Positions 36,597 to 47,380 of a DNA stretch of 64,000 nt are shown one piece after another; position 1 is the stretch's first letter; each line of letters starts with the position of its first letter. The position numbers and the translations under genes were made by a program. The notes under the pieces are model-generated. The model was not told where the DNA came from. It did not search any database and saw only the letters and a list, made by a program, of their open reading frames with translations. The DNA lies in assembly GCA_963766715.1 (NCBI GenBank), contig CAVYBH010000008.1:704001-768000 (forward strand), given 5' to 3'. This DNA comes from an uncultured delta proteobacterium (GTDB taxonomy: Bacteria; Myxococcota; Myxococcia; Myxococcales; Anaeromyxobacteraceae).

Positions 36597-39500
36597 ATGA
36601 TGCTCCGCCGCATCGCGCCCGTCCCTCTCCTGGCGCTCGCGATCTTCGCCTGCACCCCGTCCGTCCCGTCCCAGCAGTACACCACGGTCGTGACCGCGGT
36701 CTTCGAACTCTCCTCCAGTCCACCCGTCATCCCGCAGCCGAACGACCTGGTGCTCCAGCCCCAGCTGAACCCGGCGATCCTGAATCCGCAGAACGCCCAG
36801 GACGAGCTGCTCGCCCTCTTCCACGCCCAGGGCGGCTTCCCGGCCGACCAGGTGACGCCGCTCGCCTTCCCCATCACGACACAGACCGTGAACGGCCCGA
36901 CCAGCATCGGGCTCGCGGCGCCCGCCATCGACCCGGCGTCGCTCGTGCCCTGCACGTCCACGCTCACGCCGGCCAACTGCAACGTCTTCATCTTCGACAC
37001 CAGCGCCCCGACCGGCACCTCGCCCTTCCCGGTCTTCGCGGCCTCCTACGACGCCGGCGCCCCCGGCGCGCAGAGCCGGCACCCTGAGCGCGGTCCCGCT
37101 CGCCGGGACGAAGCCGACCACGTGGCGTCCGGGCGCCCAGTACATCTACGCGCTCCGCGGCGGCGCGAACGGCATCAAGACCACGACGGGCGCCGCGCTC
37201 CAGCCCTCGTCCACGAGCTACACGCTCATCTTCGGCGGCCCGAGCGACTTCGTCTGCCCGCTCCACCAACCCGGGCTGCCCGCTCCCGCTGCTCGGCCTC
37301 ATCCACCAGAACTACCTGCCGCTCTTCGGCGCCGTCGCCAGCCAGGGCTTCCCGCTCGCCGAGACCGTCGTGGTGGGCAGCTTCGCCGTGGCCCAGGCCA
37401 CGGCCTGGGTGGTCGCCGATCCGGGCTCCGGGACCGTGCCGGTGCCCTCCAACTTCCTGCTCGATCCGACGACCCACCAGGTCTCGGCCACGGCCGCCGC
37501 CGCCTTCGGGATCCCGGCGCTGGCCACCCTCGACGGCTTCAGCACCACCGGAATGGACATCGCGCAGACGTCCGGCCCCATCCTGGCGAGCACGATCCGC
37601 AGCTCCACCGACCAGGGCGTCTACCTCTACAAGCTCGGCGGCGCGACCCCGGTGCAGGTGAACCAGGTCGTCCTCGAGCCGCCCCCGATCACCATCGACG
37701 CGTCGACCGGCCAGCCGTGCGTGCCCATCAATCCCCAGGGTGACTTCGGCCCGACCTGCGTCACCACGGTCGTCGGCATCCAGCCGGCGGTCACCGTGCC
37801 CACGCCGCTCGGGAACGTCGCGCTGCCGCCGCTCGAGGAGTCGACCGACTACGCGGTGATCATCACCGACAAGGTGAAGACCCCGCCGGCCGGCGCGGCC
37901 ATCTCGCCCACCACGCTCGGGCAGATCCTGCTCTTCACCCATCCGCTCTGCACGCCCTCCCCGGCGTGCGTGGCGAATCCCACCGCGGCCGTCTCCGAGC
38001 TCCCGGGCGTCCCGGGCCCCACCGCCGCCGGGCTCGAGGGGATGCGCCTCCAGCTGCAGCCGGCCGTCGCCCAGGTGGCGACCGACCACGCCGTGGCGAA
38101 GTCGTCCATCATGATGCCCTACACGTTCCGCACCCAGTCCATCACCGGGCGTGGCGCTGCAGCTGGGCGCGGCGCCGTACAGCCAGGTGTCGGGCGTCGA
38201 CGTCTTCCCGGACGCTCCCTACTTCAACCCGACGACGCCCGCCGATCCCCTGAACCCCAAGGCGGTGAGCCCGGCCGCGATGGCCGCGAAGTGGGGCGTG
38301 CCCGCGACGCTGGTCTCGGCCGGCATCTCCACCTTCGTCGAGGCGAACGTCGTCACCTACGACAAGCTCGACCCGTCCACGGGGGCCTTCTACCCGACCC
38401 CGGCCCAGGGAGTCGCCGAAGCCCGTTCCCGCCATCATCGCCATCCCGACGGGCACGGCGCCGGCCGGAGGCTGGCCGCTCGTCGTGTTCCACCACGGGC
38501 TCGGCCGCAGCCGCGGCGACTCGCTCCTCATCGCCCAGAGCCTCACACGAGGCGGGATGGCGGTGGCCGCCATCGACGCCGCCAAGCACGGCGCGCGCGC
38601 CTGGTGCACGGTGGACACCTCCGTCACGCCCAACGTCGCCATCGGGTGCGCCTCGGGGGTCACCTGCGACACGTCGGTCTTCGGCAACCAGGCCGACGGC
38701 GCGACCGCGAAGCCCGGCCTCTGCAAGGGCGCGCTCGCGGTCCAGCCGATCGCCTGCGCCCCCACCGACACGGCCTGCTGGGACGGCTCGGGCGGCAACT
38801 CGATCACGTCCGGCGCCTTCCTCATCTCCGGGAACCTCTTCCGGAGCCGGGACACGATCCGGCAGGACATCCTCGACCAGTCGATGCTGGTGCGCGTCCT
38901 CACCTCCGCGAACGGCGCCACGGTGCTCTCGGCCGCGGCCGGCGCGCCGGTCACCATCAACCCCAGCAAGGTCTTCTACGTCGGGCAGTCGCTCGGCTCG
39001 ATCGAGGGCACGCCCGACCTGGCCGCGAACCCGCGCTTCTCCCGCGCCATGCTGAGCGTCGGCGGGGCCACCATCATCGACATCCTGACCACGGCTCCGG
39101 ACTTCAGCAGCTCGATCGCGGCGCTGCTCGCCTCGCTCGGGATCTCGCCGGGAACGCCCGAGTACCTGCTCTTCGTCATCGGAGCGAAGTGGATCCTCGA
39201 TCCGGCCGACCCGGCCAACTTCGCGCAGCACGTGACCGCGAATCCGCTGCCGAACCTGCTCGCGGGCGGTGCTCCCCAGACGCCCAAGGTCGTGCTGGGC
39301 CAGGCGGCTCGCTGCGATGCGACCGTTCCCAACGGCACGAACGAGCTGCTCTACGGCCTGATGGGGCTCTCCCCCATCGACCCCACCGTCTCGGCGAGCG
39401 GCGGCGGCCTGCAGTGGTACATGACCTCGACGACGGGCACCTGCCCCGCCAACGGGGACGTGGGTCCCGGCGTCGAGCATGGCTTCCTGCTCGACTGGAC

Positions 39501-39603
39501 CAACCCGAGTCTCGCCACGAGGGCGCAGACCGAGACCGTTTCGTTCCTGCTCGGCGGGCCCGTCTCCGGCTCCCCCGTGCTTCCCCCCTTCGTGGTTCCG
39601 TGA
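36597..39603 (+). CDS. Large (~1000 aa) lipoprotein alpha/beta-hydrolase, Pla-1/Cef-like extracellular lipase (frameshifts ~37078, ~37262, ~38150, ~38420)
   Basis: Lipobox IFAC; P.PNDL and LDGFST N-terminal motifs; FHHGLG, AIDAAKHG, GQSLG nucleophile, ILDPADP, CDATVPN, EHGFLL. Confidence 0.75.
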
Positions 39604-39611
39604 GGACCTCC

Positions 39612-40894
39612 ATGCGCAAGATCCTCCTCGCCCTCCTCCTGGCCGTCCCGGTGCTCGCCTCTGCCGGCGGCTACTCCGTCCCCAACGTCGTCGCCCGCGA
39701 CCTCGCCATGGGCGACTCGCTGGTGGCCGACCAGACCACCGCCGGCGCGGTCTACCGGAACCCCGCGGCGCTCTCCCGGCTGTCGGGGCTCGACCTGACC
39801 TTGAACGGCTCGGTCCTCGGCAACGGCTCCACCTGGACCAGCACCACCACGGCCGGGCCGTCTCCGGTCTCCACCGACCTCAAGCTCGGCGACACCGGCG
39901 GCGTTCTTCCTCTCCTGGTCGGGCAAGATCTCCGGCCACGGCTGGGGCGTGGGCGCGGGCATGAACGTGCCGGGCGGCGGCAACGTCTTCTGGCCCGCGG
40001 GATGGGCCGGCCGCTACACCATCACGTCGGTGGACCGGAAGCTCTTCGGGCTCTACCTGTCCGCCGGCGTCGAGATCATCCCGCAGATCCGCGTGGGCGG
40101 CGGCTTCATCTACTACTACGCCACCGAGAAGCTCACGGTGGACAAGGCGCTGCCGGGCGGCGTCGACGGGCAGGTCACGCTGGCCGACTCCGGCGGGCAG
40201 CCGAGCTGGGACGCCGCCATCGAGATCCAGCCCTTCCTCGACATCCCGCTGCGGATCGGCGCCGACTACAAGCAGCAGGCCTACATGAAGCTGAAGGGGC
40301 CGGCCAACTTCAACTTCCCGCCGGCCTTCGCCGCCACCTACCCGAACCAGGACTTCACCCACACGCTCGTCTACCCGAGCACCTTCAACGTGGGCATCGC
40401 CTGGCGCCCGATCAAGACCGTGGACATCACCGCGGGCTACACGGCGGAGAACTACAGCTCGTACGTCTCCGACACGTTCGTCGGGCAGACCACCGACCCG
40501 GCCACCGGCCAGCCGCTCGAGCTGTCGGTGTGGCGCAAGTACGGCAACGCCAACATCTACCGGCTGGGCGTGGCGTGGCAGGTGCTGAAGACGCTCGAGC
40601 TCCGGGCCGGCGGCCTCTACGACCAGTCGGGCGTGAACCCGGCCTACTTCAACCCGTCGCTGCCCGACGCCAAGGCCTGGGCGGGCTCGGTGGGCGTGGG
40701 CTGGGACGTGCTGAAGAACCTGTCCCTCAACGCCAGCTTCTTCAACGCCTGGTTCACCACCCTCGACTCGGTGCCGGCGCCCAGCACCACCACCCTCGAC
40801 AACGCCTCGTCGTTTGCCGGGAAGGTTCAAGAGCTGGGCCTGGATCGCGAGCCTGGGCCTGAACTGGAAGTGGGATCCGCAGGCGTCGCGCTGA
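39612..40894 (+). CDS. FadL/OmpP1 family outer-membrane transporter (frameshifts ~39893 and ~40822)
   Basis: Signal peptide + GGYSV, LAMG, NPAAL hatch motif, LRAGGLYDQS, PSLPD. Confidence 0.82.
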
Positions 40895-40916
40895 TCGGGG
40901 CGACACCCGCGAAGTG

Positions 40917-40954
40917 AAAAGGGGCGCGCCCTCCGGGGTGCGCCCCTCTCGTTT
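40917..40954. terminator. Bidirectional intrinsic terminator
   Basis: AAAA-GGGGCGCGCCC-tccg-GGGTGCGCCCC-TCTCGTTT between convergent genes. Confidence 0.7.
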
Positions 40955-40977
40955 CCGGGACGTCCGATCCGGACGGG

Positions 40978-41697
40978 CTAGGGGAACGCGCAGCGGGTCA
41001 GCGGGACGAGCGGGGCGCCGTTCGCCTGCGCGTCGAGCGCGTCGACCCAGAGGCGGGTCCAGTCCGCGGCGGTGGTCTCGCTCTCGTCGGGCGCGCTGAT
41101 GTGCCGGACGATCTCGACCTGCGTCCCTCCGCCCGGCGCCGGGGTGATCACGGCCGACTGGCGCATGATCTGGATGTAGGCGGTGCCGTCGACCTTCTGC
41201 GCCTTCACGTTGACCTTCTGGATGGCCTGGGCGGCGTCGCGCGTCGCATCGGCGCGCCAGTTCACCACGAACCAGTTGGCCCGGTGGAGGGGGCTCCCGA
41301 CCGGCGTCTCCCGGATGCCGTAGCTCACGTCGTACTCCGGCTCGGGCCGGTTCACGGGCTCGCAGTCGACCTGGTCGTCCGGATAGACCGCCACCACGGC
41401 CCCCGGCTGCCACTGGAGCGCGGTCCACACGTCGGCGATCGGCGCGGCGAGGAGCACGCGGGTGTGGGCCCAGTAATGGGCCGGCGTGTCGCCGTTCGCC
41501 GCGCGGAATCCGGTCCGGACGGCGAAGTCGTCCGGCGCCAGGGAGGTGACGGGCCAGGCCGGCCACTCGCCCGGGTTCGTGACCTCGGTCTCCCAGGGCT
41601 CGACGCCCGGAGGGAAGGTGGTCGCCTCCTTCGAGCAGGCTGCCGCGGAGAGCAGGGCGAGCGCAGCGAGCGCTCCCCCGAGCGATCGGGCCGTCAT
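40978..41697 (-). CDS. Lipoprotein, putative START/SRPBCC-like fold
   Basis: Lipobox AAAC; APIADVWTAL and TQVEIVRH..C-terminal helix pattern; paralog of the next gene. Confidence 0.65.
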   Translation of the reverse strand: MTARSLGGALAALALLSAAACSKEATTFPPGVEPWETEVTNPGEWPAWPVTSLAPDDFAVRTGFRAANGDTPAHYWAHTRVLLAAPIADVWTALQWQPGAVVAVYPDDQVDCEPVNRPEPEYDVSYGIRETPVGSPLHRANWFVVNWRADATRDAAQAIQKVNVKAQKVDGTAYIQIMRQSAVITPAPGGGTQVEIVRHISAPDESETTAADWTRLWVDALDAQANGAPLVPLTRCAFP

Positions 41698-41706
41698 GTG
41701 CCGATG

Positions 41707-42436
41707 CTACTGCGGCGGCAGGTTGCAGTAGCGGGGCAGGAGCACCCCGGTGGAGAGCTGCGTCTGGAGCCCGTCGTAGAAGCCCTGGAGCCAGCTCTGG
41801 AGCTTCGCCGGGTCGTCGGAGTGCCCGTTCGTGTTGAGCTGCCGGACCAGCTCGATCCGGGTCCAGGCGGGGTTCGCGGGGTCCACGGAGAAGACCATCG
41901 AGCCGCGGATCCAGGGGACCTCCACCGTTCCCGCGGTCTTCCCGTAGAACATCTTCGCTTCGGTGGGCGCCGCGGCCGTGCCCTGGGTGACGTCGGCGCG
42001 CCAGGTGACCTCGAAGGTGTAGTGGCTCTGGATCCCGCCGTGGGGGATCTCCTTGGTCATGAAGCTCACCGCGTAGCCTGGCTCCACGTTGGCCTTGGCC
42101 TCGCAGTCGCTCTCGTTGCGCTCCGGCCAGAAGCCCACGTCGACGCCGGTGGGGATCTGGAGGGCGCTGCCACACGGTGGCGAGGTCGTACGGGACGCAC
42201 CCGCGGGCCTGCCGCTCGTTGTAGCTGGGAGAGGCGAAGAACGGGGTCGCGGCGCTGATGATCAGCCCCGAGCCGGTGCCTGTCGCGGACGTGCAGTTGG
42301 TCGGCCAGTCGAGCGAGGTGACCAGCGCCGCCGGCCCGAGGCCGGGCGGCAGGTCGGTGGTCTCCGTGCCACAGGCGACGAGGAGGAGCGGGGCGACCAG
42401 GGCAGCCGGAAGGAGCCACGAGGGGCGTCGGTTCAT
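41707..42436 (-). CDS. Lipoprotein paralog, putative START/SRPBCC-like fold (frameshift ~42170)
   Basis: Lipobox LVAC; shares PPG, DCE, EP.Y.VS, WRAD.T, C..P motifs with 40978-41697. Confidence 0.62.
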
Positions 42437-42628
42437 GGCTCGCATTCTAACCGGAGTCGTCTCGCGGCGCCTCATCCTGATTACATCAGCAAAAATAGAT
42501 ACTTGTAAGCGCGTCACTGAGGGCGTTCCCGCGACCTCCTCGAGGCGTCGCTCCGAGAATTCGTATCATCGCTCGCATTTGGCTCCTGCGCCGTCGACAG
42601 GGACGGGCGGCCGTGGGAACCTGCCGGC

Positions 42629-43078
42629 GTGCGCAAGGCGGCCTCCATCCGGCTGGGACTGCTCCTCGCCGTCTCCGCGCTGCTCACCTCCTGCACCCGC
42701 GAGAAGGCCGACGAGCGGCGCTGCGTCGACGGCGACGGCCAGTTCGTCGACGAGGGGCACTGCACCGGCGCTGGCGGGCTCCCCGACGGGCGGCTCGGAC
42801 GGTGGCGTCGCCAGCGGGGCGACGGGCGGCTGGGATCAGGCGGACGGCGGCACCCAGCAGAGCCGTGGGGGCTACCACTTCATCTGGATTCCCTACGGGG
42901 CCTTCGGCGGCATCGGCACCTACGCGCCGGGCTACGTCCGCTCGGGCGCCGGCGGAGCCACCCACCCGGGCGCCGCCACCTCCGGCTCGGTGACCCGCGG
43001 GGGATTCGGCTCGACGGGCGCGGCGCACGCCGGCTCGACCGGGTCCGCCCACGCCGGCTCCACCTCGGCGGGGAGCTA
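42629..43078 (+). CDS. Gly-rich lipoprotein, YgiB/DUF1190-like partner (frameshift ~42775)
   Basis: Lipobox LTSC, Cys pair, C-terminal VTRGGFGS, directly upstream of the Gsp-synthase-like gene. Confidence 0.7.
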
Positions 43079-43084
43079 GGCCTC

Positions 43085-44290
43085 GTGGAGCGCCGCGAGC
43101 GAGCGCCCCGCCCGGACTGGCAGCGCCGGGTCGAGGAGGTCGGCTTCCCCATCCACACGGCCGAAGGGCCCTACTGGGACGAGTCGGCCTTCTGGGTCTT
43201 CTCCCCCGCCGAGGTCGAGCGCCTCGAGCGCGCCACCGCCGAGCTGCACGAGATGGCGCTCGCCGCCGTCGGCCACGTCCTCGAGACCGGGCGGTACTGG
43301 GAGCGGCTCGCCATCCCGCGCGAGATGGTGCCGCTCATCGCGCGGTCGTGGGAGGGGCAGGACGGAGACGGGGACCCCTCCATCTACGGCCGGATGGACC
43401 TGGCCTGGGACGGGGCCTCGGCGCCCCGCCTGCTCGAGTACAACGCCGACACCCCCACCGGGCTGGTCGAGGCGTCGGTCGTCCAGTGGCAGTGGCTGCA
43501 GGACGTCGACCCGGGCGCCGACCAGTGGAACTCGCTCCACGAGCGGCTGGTGGCCGGGTGGAAGGAGCTCGCGCCCTGGCTGCCGGTGGGGCCGCTCCAC
43601 TTCGCGAGCCTCGGCGTGGCGGAGGACGTCCTCACCGCGACCTACCTCCAGGACACCGCCGCGCAGGGCGGGCTTCGCACCTCCTTCGTGGAGATGGCGG
43701 CCATCGGCTGGGACGAGCGCAAGGGCGCCTTCGTCGACGCCGAGGGCGAGGAGATGCGGGCCTGCTTCAAGCTCTACCCCTGGGAGTGGATGGCGCGCGA
43801 GCAGTTCGGCGCCATGCTGCCGCGGGCCCACACGCGGTGGATCGAGCCCACCTGGAAGATGGTGGCGTCGAACAAGGGCATCCTGGCGGTGCTCTGGGAG
43901 CTCTACCCCGACCACCCGAACCTCCTCCCCGCCTTCCTCGAGCCCGGCGACCTGCGGAGCTACGCCCGCAAGCCCCTCCTCTCCCGCGAGGGAGCGAACG
44001 TCGTGCTGGTGAAGGACGGCGAGGTGCTCGCCGAGGGCGCCGACGAGGGCTACGGGAAGGAGGGGCACGTCTGGCAGGCGCTCTGGGAGCCGGAGGCGCC
44101 CATGGCCGGCAAGCACCTGTCCATCGGCAGCTGGCTCGTCCGCGGCGTCCCCGCGGGAGCCGGGATCCGGGAGTCGGACGGCCCCATCACCGGCAACCTC
44201 TCCCGCTTCGTCCCCCACCTCATCGCCGAGGGCGACGCGGGCGATCCGCGGCGCCGGGCCCGCTTCCGGGCCATCGCGGAGGGGCGCTAG
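43085..44290 (+). CDS. Glutathionylspermidine synthase-like ATP-grasp protein (YgiC/YjfC family)
   Basis: YWDE, YGRMD, EYNADTPTG, FKLYPWEW, SNKG, KPLLSREG, IGSW, SRFVPH. Confidence 0.92.
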   Translation: MERRERAPRPDWQRRVEEVGFPIHTAEGPYWDESAFWVFSPAEVERLERATAELHEMALAAVGHVLETGRYWERLAIPREMVPLIARSWEGQDGDGDPSIYGRMDLAWDGASAPRLLEYNADTPTGLVEASVVQWQWLQDVDPGADQWNSLHERLVAGWKELAPWLPVGPLHFASLGVAEDVLTATYLQDTAAQGGLRTSFVEMAAIGWDERKGAFVDAEGEEMRACFKLYPWEWMAREQFGAMLPRAHTRWIEPTWKMVASNKGILAVLWELYPDHPNLLPAFLEPGDLRSYARKPLLSREGANVVLVKDGEVLAEGADEGYGKEGHVWQALWEPEAPMAGKHLSIGSWLVRGVPAGAGIRESDGPITGNLSRFVPHLIAEGDAGDPRRRARFRAIAEGR

Positions 44291-44316
44291 CGCCCGGCCG
44301 GCGGTAGAGTCCCGGC

Positions 44317-46407
44317 ATGGCCGTCAAACCCGGTAGGAGCTGGCCGCTCGGCGCCACGCTGGTCGAGGGCGGCGTGAACTTCAGCATCTGGACGCGCCAC
44401 GCCACCGCGGTCGAGCTGTGCCTCTTCGACGCCGCCGAGGACGCCCGGCCCAGCCGGGTCATCCGGCTCGATCCGGCCGCGCACCGGACCTACCACTACT
44501 GGCACGTGCAGGTGCCGCGGATCGGCCCGGGGCAGCTCTACGGATGGCGCGTTCACGGTCCGTATGACCCGTCCCGCGGCTACCGCTTCGACGGCCAGAA
44601 GCTGCTCGTCGACCCCTACGGTCGCGCCACGGCCGTCCCCTCCACCTACGATCGGATGGCCGGCGCCCACCGGGGCGACAACGCCGGCCGGGCCATGAAG
44701 AGCGTGGTGGCCGATCTCTCGCTGTACGACTGGGAGGGGGACCGGCCGCTGCGGCGGAACACCCCCCACGCCGTCATCTACGAGATGCACGTGAAGGGCT
44801 TCACCTTCCACGAGAGCTCGGGCGTGGCGCCCGGCCGCCGGGGGACCTTCGCCGGCGTGGTGGACAAGATCCCGCACCTGCGCGACCTGGGCGTCACGGC
44901 GGTGGAGCTGATGCCGGTCTTCCAGTTCGACCCGCAGGACGCCCCGAACGGCCAGATCAACTACTGGGGCTACTCGCCGGTCTCCTTCTTCGCCCCGCAC
45001 CAGGCCTACGCCGGCTCGGGCACGCCGCTGGGCGCGCTCGACGACTTCCGGGACATGGTGAAGGCGCTGCACCGGGCCGGCATCGAGGTGATCCTCGACG
45101 TGGTCTACAACCACTCCAGCGAGGGGGACGAGAAGGGGCCGACGCAGTCGTTCCGCGGCCTCGACAACCGGGCCTACTACATCCTCGACGGCTACCGGCG
45201 CTACGCCAACTTCACTGGCTGTGGAAACACCATGAAGGCCAACCACCCGGTGGTCCGCCGGCTGATGCTCGACTCGCTGCGCTACTGGGTCTCCGAGATG
45301 CACGTCGACGGGTTCCGCTTCGACCTCGCCTCGGTGCTCTCCCGCGACACCGAGGGGCACCCGGTGAAGAACCCCCCGGTGATCTGGGACATCGAGAGCG
45401 ACCCGGTGCTGGCCGGCTCGAAGCTCATCGCCGAGGCCTGGGACGCCGCCGGCCTCTACCAGGTGGGGAACTTCGTCGGCGACTCCTGGAAGGAGTGGAA
45501 CGGCCGGTTCCGCGACGACGTCCGGTCGTTCCTGCGCGGGGATCCGGGGCGGGTCTCGCAGCTCGCCAACCGGCTGCTCGCCAGCCCGGACCTCTACGAG
45601 CAGAAGCAGCGGGAGCCGGAGCAGAGCGTCAACTTCGTCACCTGCCACGACGGGTTCACGCTGAACGACCTCGTCACCTACGGGACGAAGCACAACGAGG
45701 CCAACGGGGAGGGCAACCGCGACGGCTCCGACCACGAGCTCTCCTGGAACTGCGGCGTGGAGGGGCCGACCCGCGATCCGGAGGTCGAGCGCCTCCGCAA
45801 CCGGCAGGTGAAGAACTTCCTGGCCGTGAACCTGCTCTCCGCCGGCGTCCCCATGATCCTGATGGGCGACGAGATGCGCCGCACCCAGCGGGGGAACAAC
45901 AACGCCTGGTGCCAGGACAACGACCTCTCCTGGGTGGACTGGCGCCTGCTCGAGCGCCACGTCGACGTGCACCGCTTCCTGCGGCGGCTCATCCGGCTGC
46001 GCTCGTCCGTCCAGCCCGACTCCCGGCGGGCGGGGACGCTGACCCAGTTCCTCCGCCACGCGCGCATCGAGTGGCACGGCGTCCGCATCGGCCAGCCCGA
46101 CTGGAGCGACCGGAGCCACAGCGTCGCCGCCACCTTCCAGGAGCCGGACGGGCCCACCCTGGCCCACGTCATCGTGAACGCCTGGAAGGAGTCGCTCCTC
46201 TTCGAGCTCCCCCGGGTGGAGAGCGGCTGGCGCCTGATGGTCGACACCTTCCTGCCGGCGCCCGACGACATCCGCACCTGGGAGGAGGCCCCCGTCATCG
46301 AGTCCGGGGAGTACCTGGCGAACCCCTACTCGTTCGTCTTCCTGGCGGCGTTCGCCCCGGAGCGGGCGCCGGTCCCGGGGAGCCGCCCGGCGCCGCCCGC
46401 GCCCTGA
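44317..46407 (+). CDS. glgX: Glycogen debranching enzyme (GH13 isoamylase)
   Basis: PLGAT, NYWGY, LDVVYNH, DGFRFDLA, IAEAWD, TCHDGFTL. Confidence 0.95.
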   Translation: MAVKPGRSWPLGATLVEGGVNFSIWTRHATAVELCLFDAAEDARPSRVIRLDPAAHRTYHYWHVQVPRIGPGQLYGWRVHGPYDPSRGYRFDGQKLLVDPYGRATAVPSTYDRMAGAHRGDNAGRAMKSVVADLSLYDWEGDRPLRRNTPHAVIYEMHVKGFTFHESSGVAPGRRGTFAGVVDKIPHLRDLGVTAVELMPVFQFDPQDAPNGQINYWGYSPVSFFAPHQAYAGSGTPLGALDDFRDMVKALHRAGIEVILDVVYNHSSEGDEKGPTQSFRGLDNRAYYILDGYRRYANFTGCGNTMKANHPVVRRLMLDSLRYWVSEMHVDGFRFDLASVLSRDTEGHPVKNPPVIWDIESDPVLAGSKLIAEAWDAAGLYQVGNFVGDSWKEWNGRFRDDVRSFLRGDPGRVSQLANRLLASPDLYEQKQREPEQSVNFVTCHDGFTLNDLVTYGTKHNEANGEGNRDGSDHELSWNCGVEGPTRDPEVERLRNRQVKNFLAVNLLSAGVPMILMGDEMRRTQRGNNNAWCQDNDLSWVDWRLLERHVDVHRFLRRLIRLRSSVQPDSRRAGTLTQFLRHARIEWHGVRIGQPDWSDRSHSVAATFQEPDGPTLAHVIVNAWKESLLFELPRVESGWRLMVDTFLPAPDDIRTWEEAPVIESGEYLANPYSFVFLAAFAPERAPVPGSRPAPPAP

Positions 46408-46417
46408 CCGGCCCGGC

Positions 46418-47380
46418 TCAGGCGCTCGCCTGGGCGTCCAGCCACACCTCGAGCCCCTGCGAGTTGAGGTCGAGGTCGACCGCGTAGGCGGCCAGCGCGT
46501 CCTCCCGCGTTCCCTTCCAGCCGTGGCGGGCGAGCCCCTCGAGGAGCTGGGCCGCCAGCCCGGCGCGGACGGCCTCGTGGCGGCCGGGGCCCGGAGGTGC
46601 GGCCCTCGCGGCCCGGACGTGCCCGTCCACCGCATCGAGGAGCATCGCCGCCCGCCTCGGGATCTCCCCCTCCAGCATGCCGTAGTGGGTGAGGTACATG
46701 CGCTCCGGCCGCTCGGCCAGCATCCGCCCGATGGAGGCCCGCAGCGCCGGCGGATCGAACTGGACCGGCGTGGTGGTGGGGAAGAGGAACGGCCCCGACG
46801 CCGTGTCGTACTCCCGGTACGAGATGCCGAAGGTGTCGCCGGTGAAGAAGCCCCGGGTGGCCGGATCGTGCACCACGAAGTGGTGCTTGGCGTGCCCCGG
46901 GGTGTCGAGGATGCGGAGCGTCCGGTTCCCCAGCTCGACCGTCGTGCCCTCCGGCGCCTCGACGACGCGCGCCGCCGGGGCGGCCACCACCTCGCCGTAG
47001 AGCGCGCGGATGGCGTCCATCCCGCCGTAGACCTCCGCGGCGCCGGCCAGCAGCTTCGAGGGGTCGATCATGTGGCGGGCGCCGCGCGGGTGCACCACCA
47101 GCCGCGCGTGGGGAAGCTCGGCGAGCAGCGCACCGGCGCCCGCGGCGTGATCGAGGTGGACGTGGGTCACGATCACGTGGCTCACGTCCCGGCGCCCGAC
47201 GCCGTGGGCGGCCAGCCCGGCCAGGATGGCCGGCACGCTGCGGGCCGTCCCGGTCTCGATCACCGCGGCGCTCCCCTCCCCCTTCACGAGGTAGGAGGCC
47301 GCCAGGCCCGGACGGACGTAGCCGGTGTCGACGAGGACGACGCCCGGGGCGATCTCCCTGGGGGCGCCGGCCGCGCTCAC
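46418..47380 (-). CDS. MBL-fold metallo-hydrolase
   Basis: THVHLDHAAG, HPRGARH, TPGHAKHH, FTGD, THYG. Confidence 0.9.
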   Translation of the reverse strand: MSAAGAPREIAPGVVLVDTGYVRPGLAASYLVKGEGSAAVIETGTARSVPAILAGLAAHGVGRRDVSHVIVTHVHLDHAAGAGALLAELPHARLVVHPRGARHMIDPSKLLAGAAEVYGGMDAIRALYGEVVAAPAARVVEAPEGTTVELGNRTLRILDTPGHAKHHFVVHDPATRGFFTGDTFGISYREYDTASGPFLFPTTTPVQFDPPALRASIGRMLAERPERMYLTHYGMLEGEIPRRAAMLLDAVDGHVRAARAAPPGPGRHEAVRAGLAAQLLEGLARHGWKGTREDALAAYAVDLDLNSQGLEVWLDAQASA

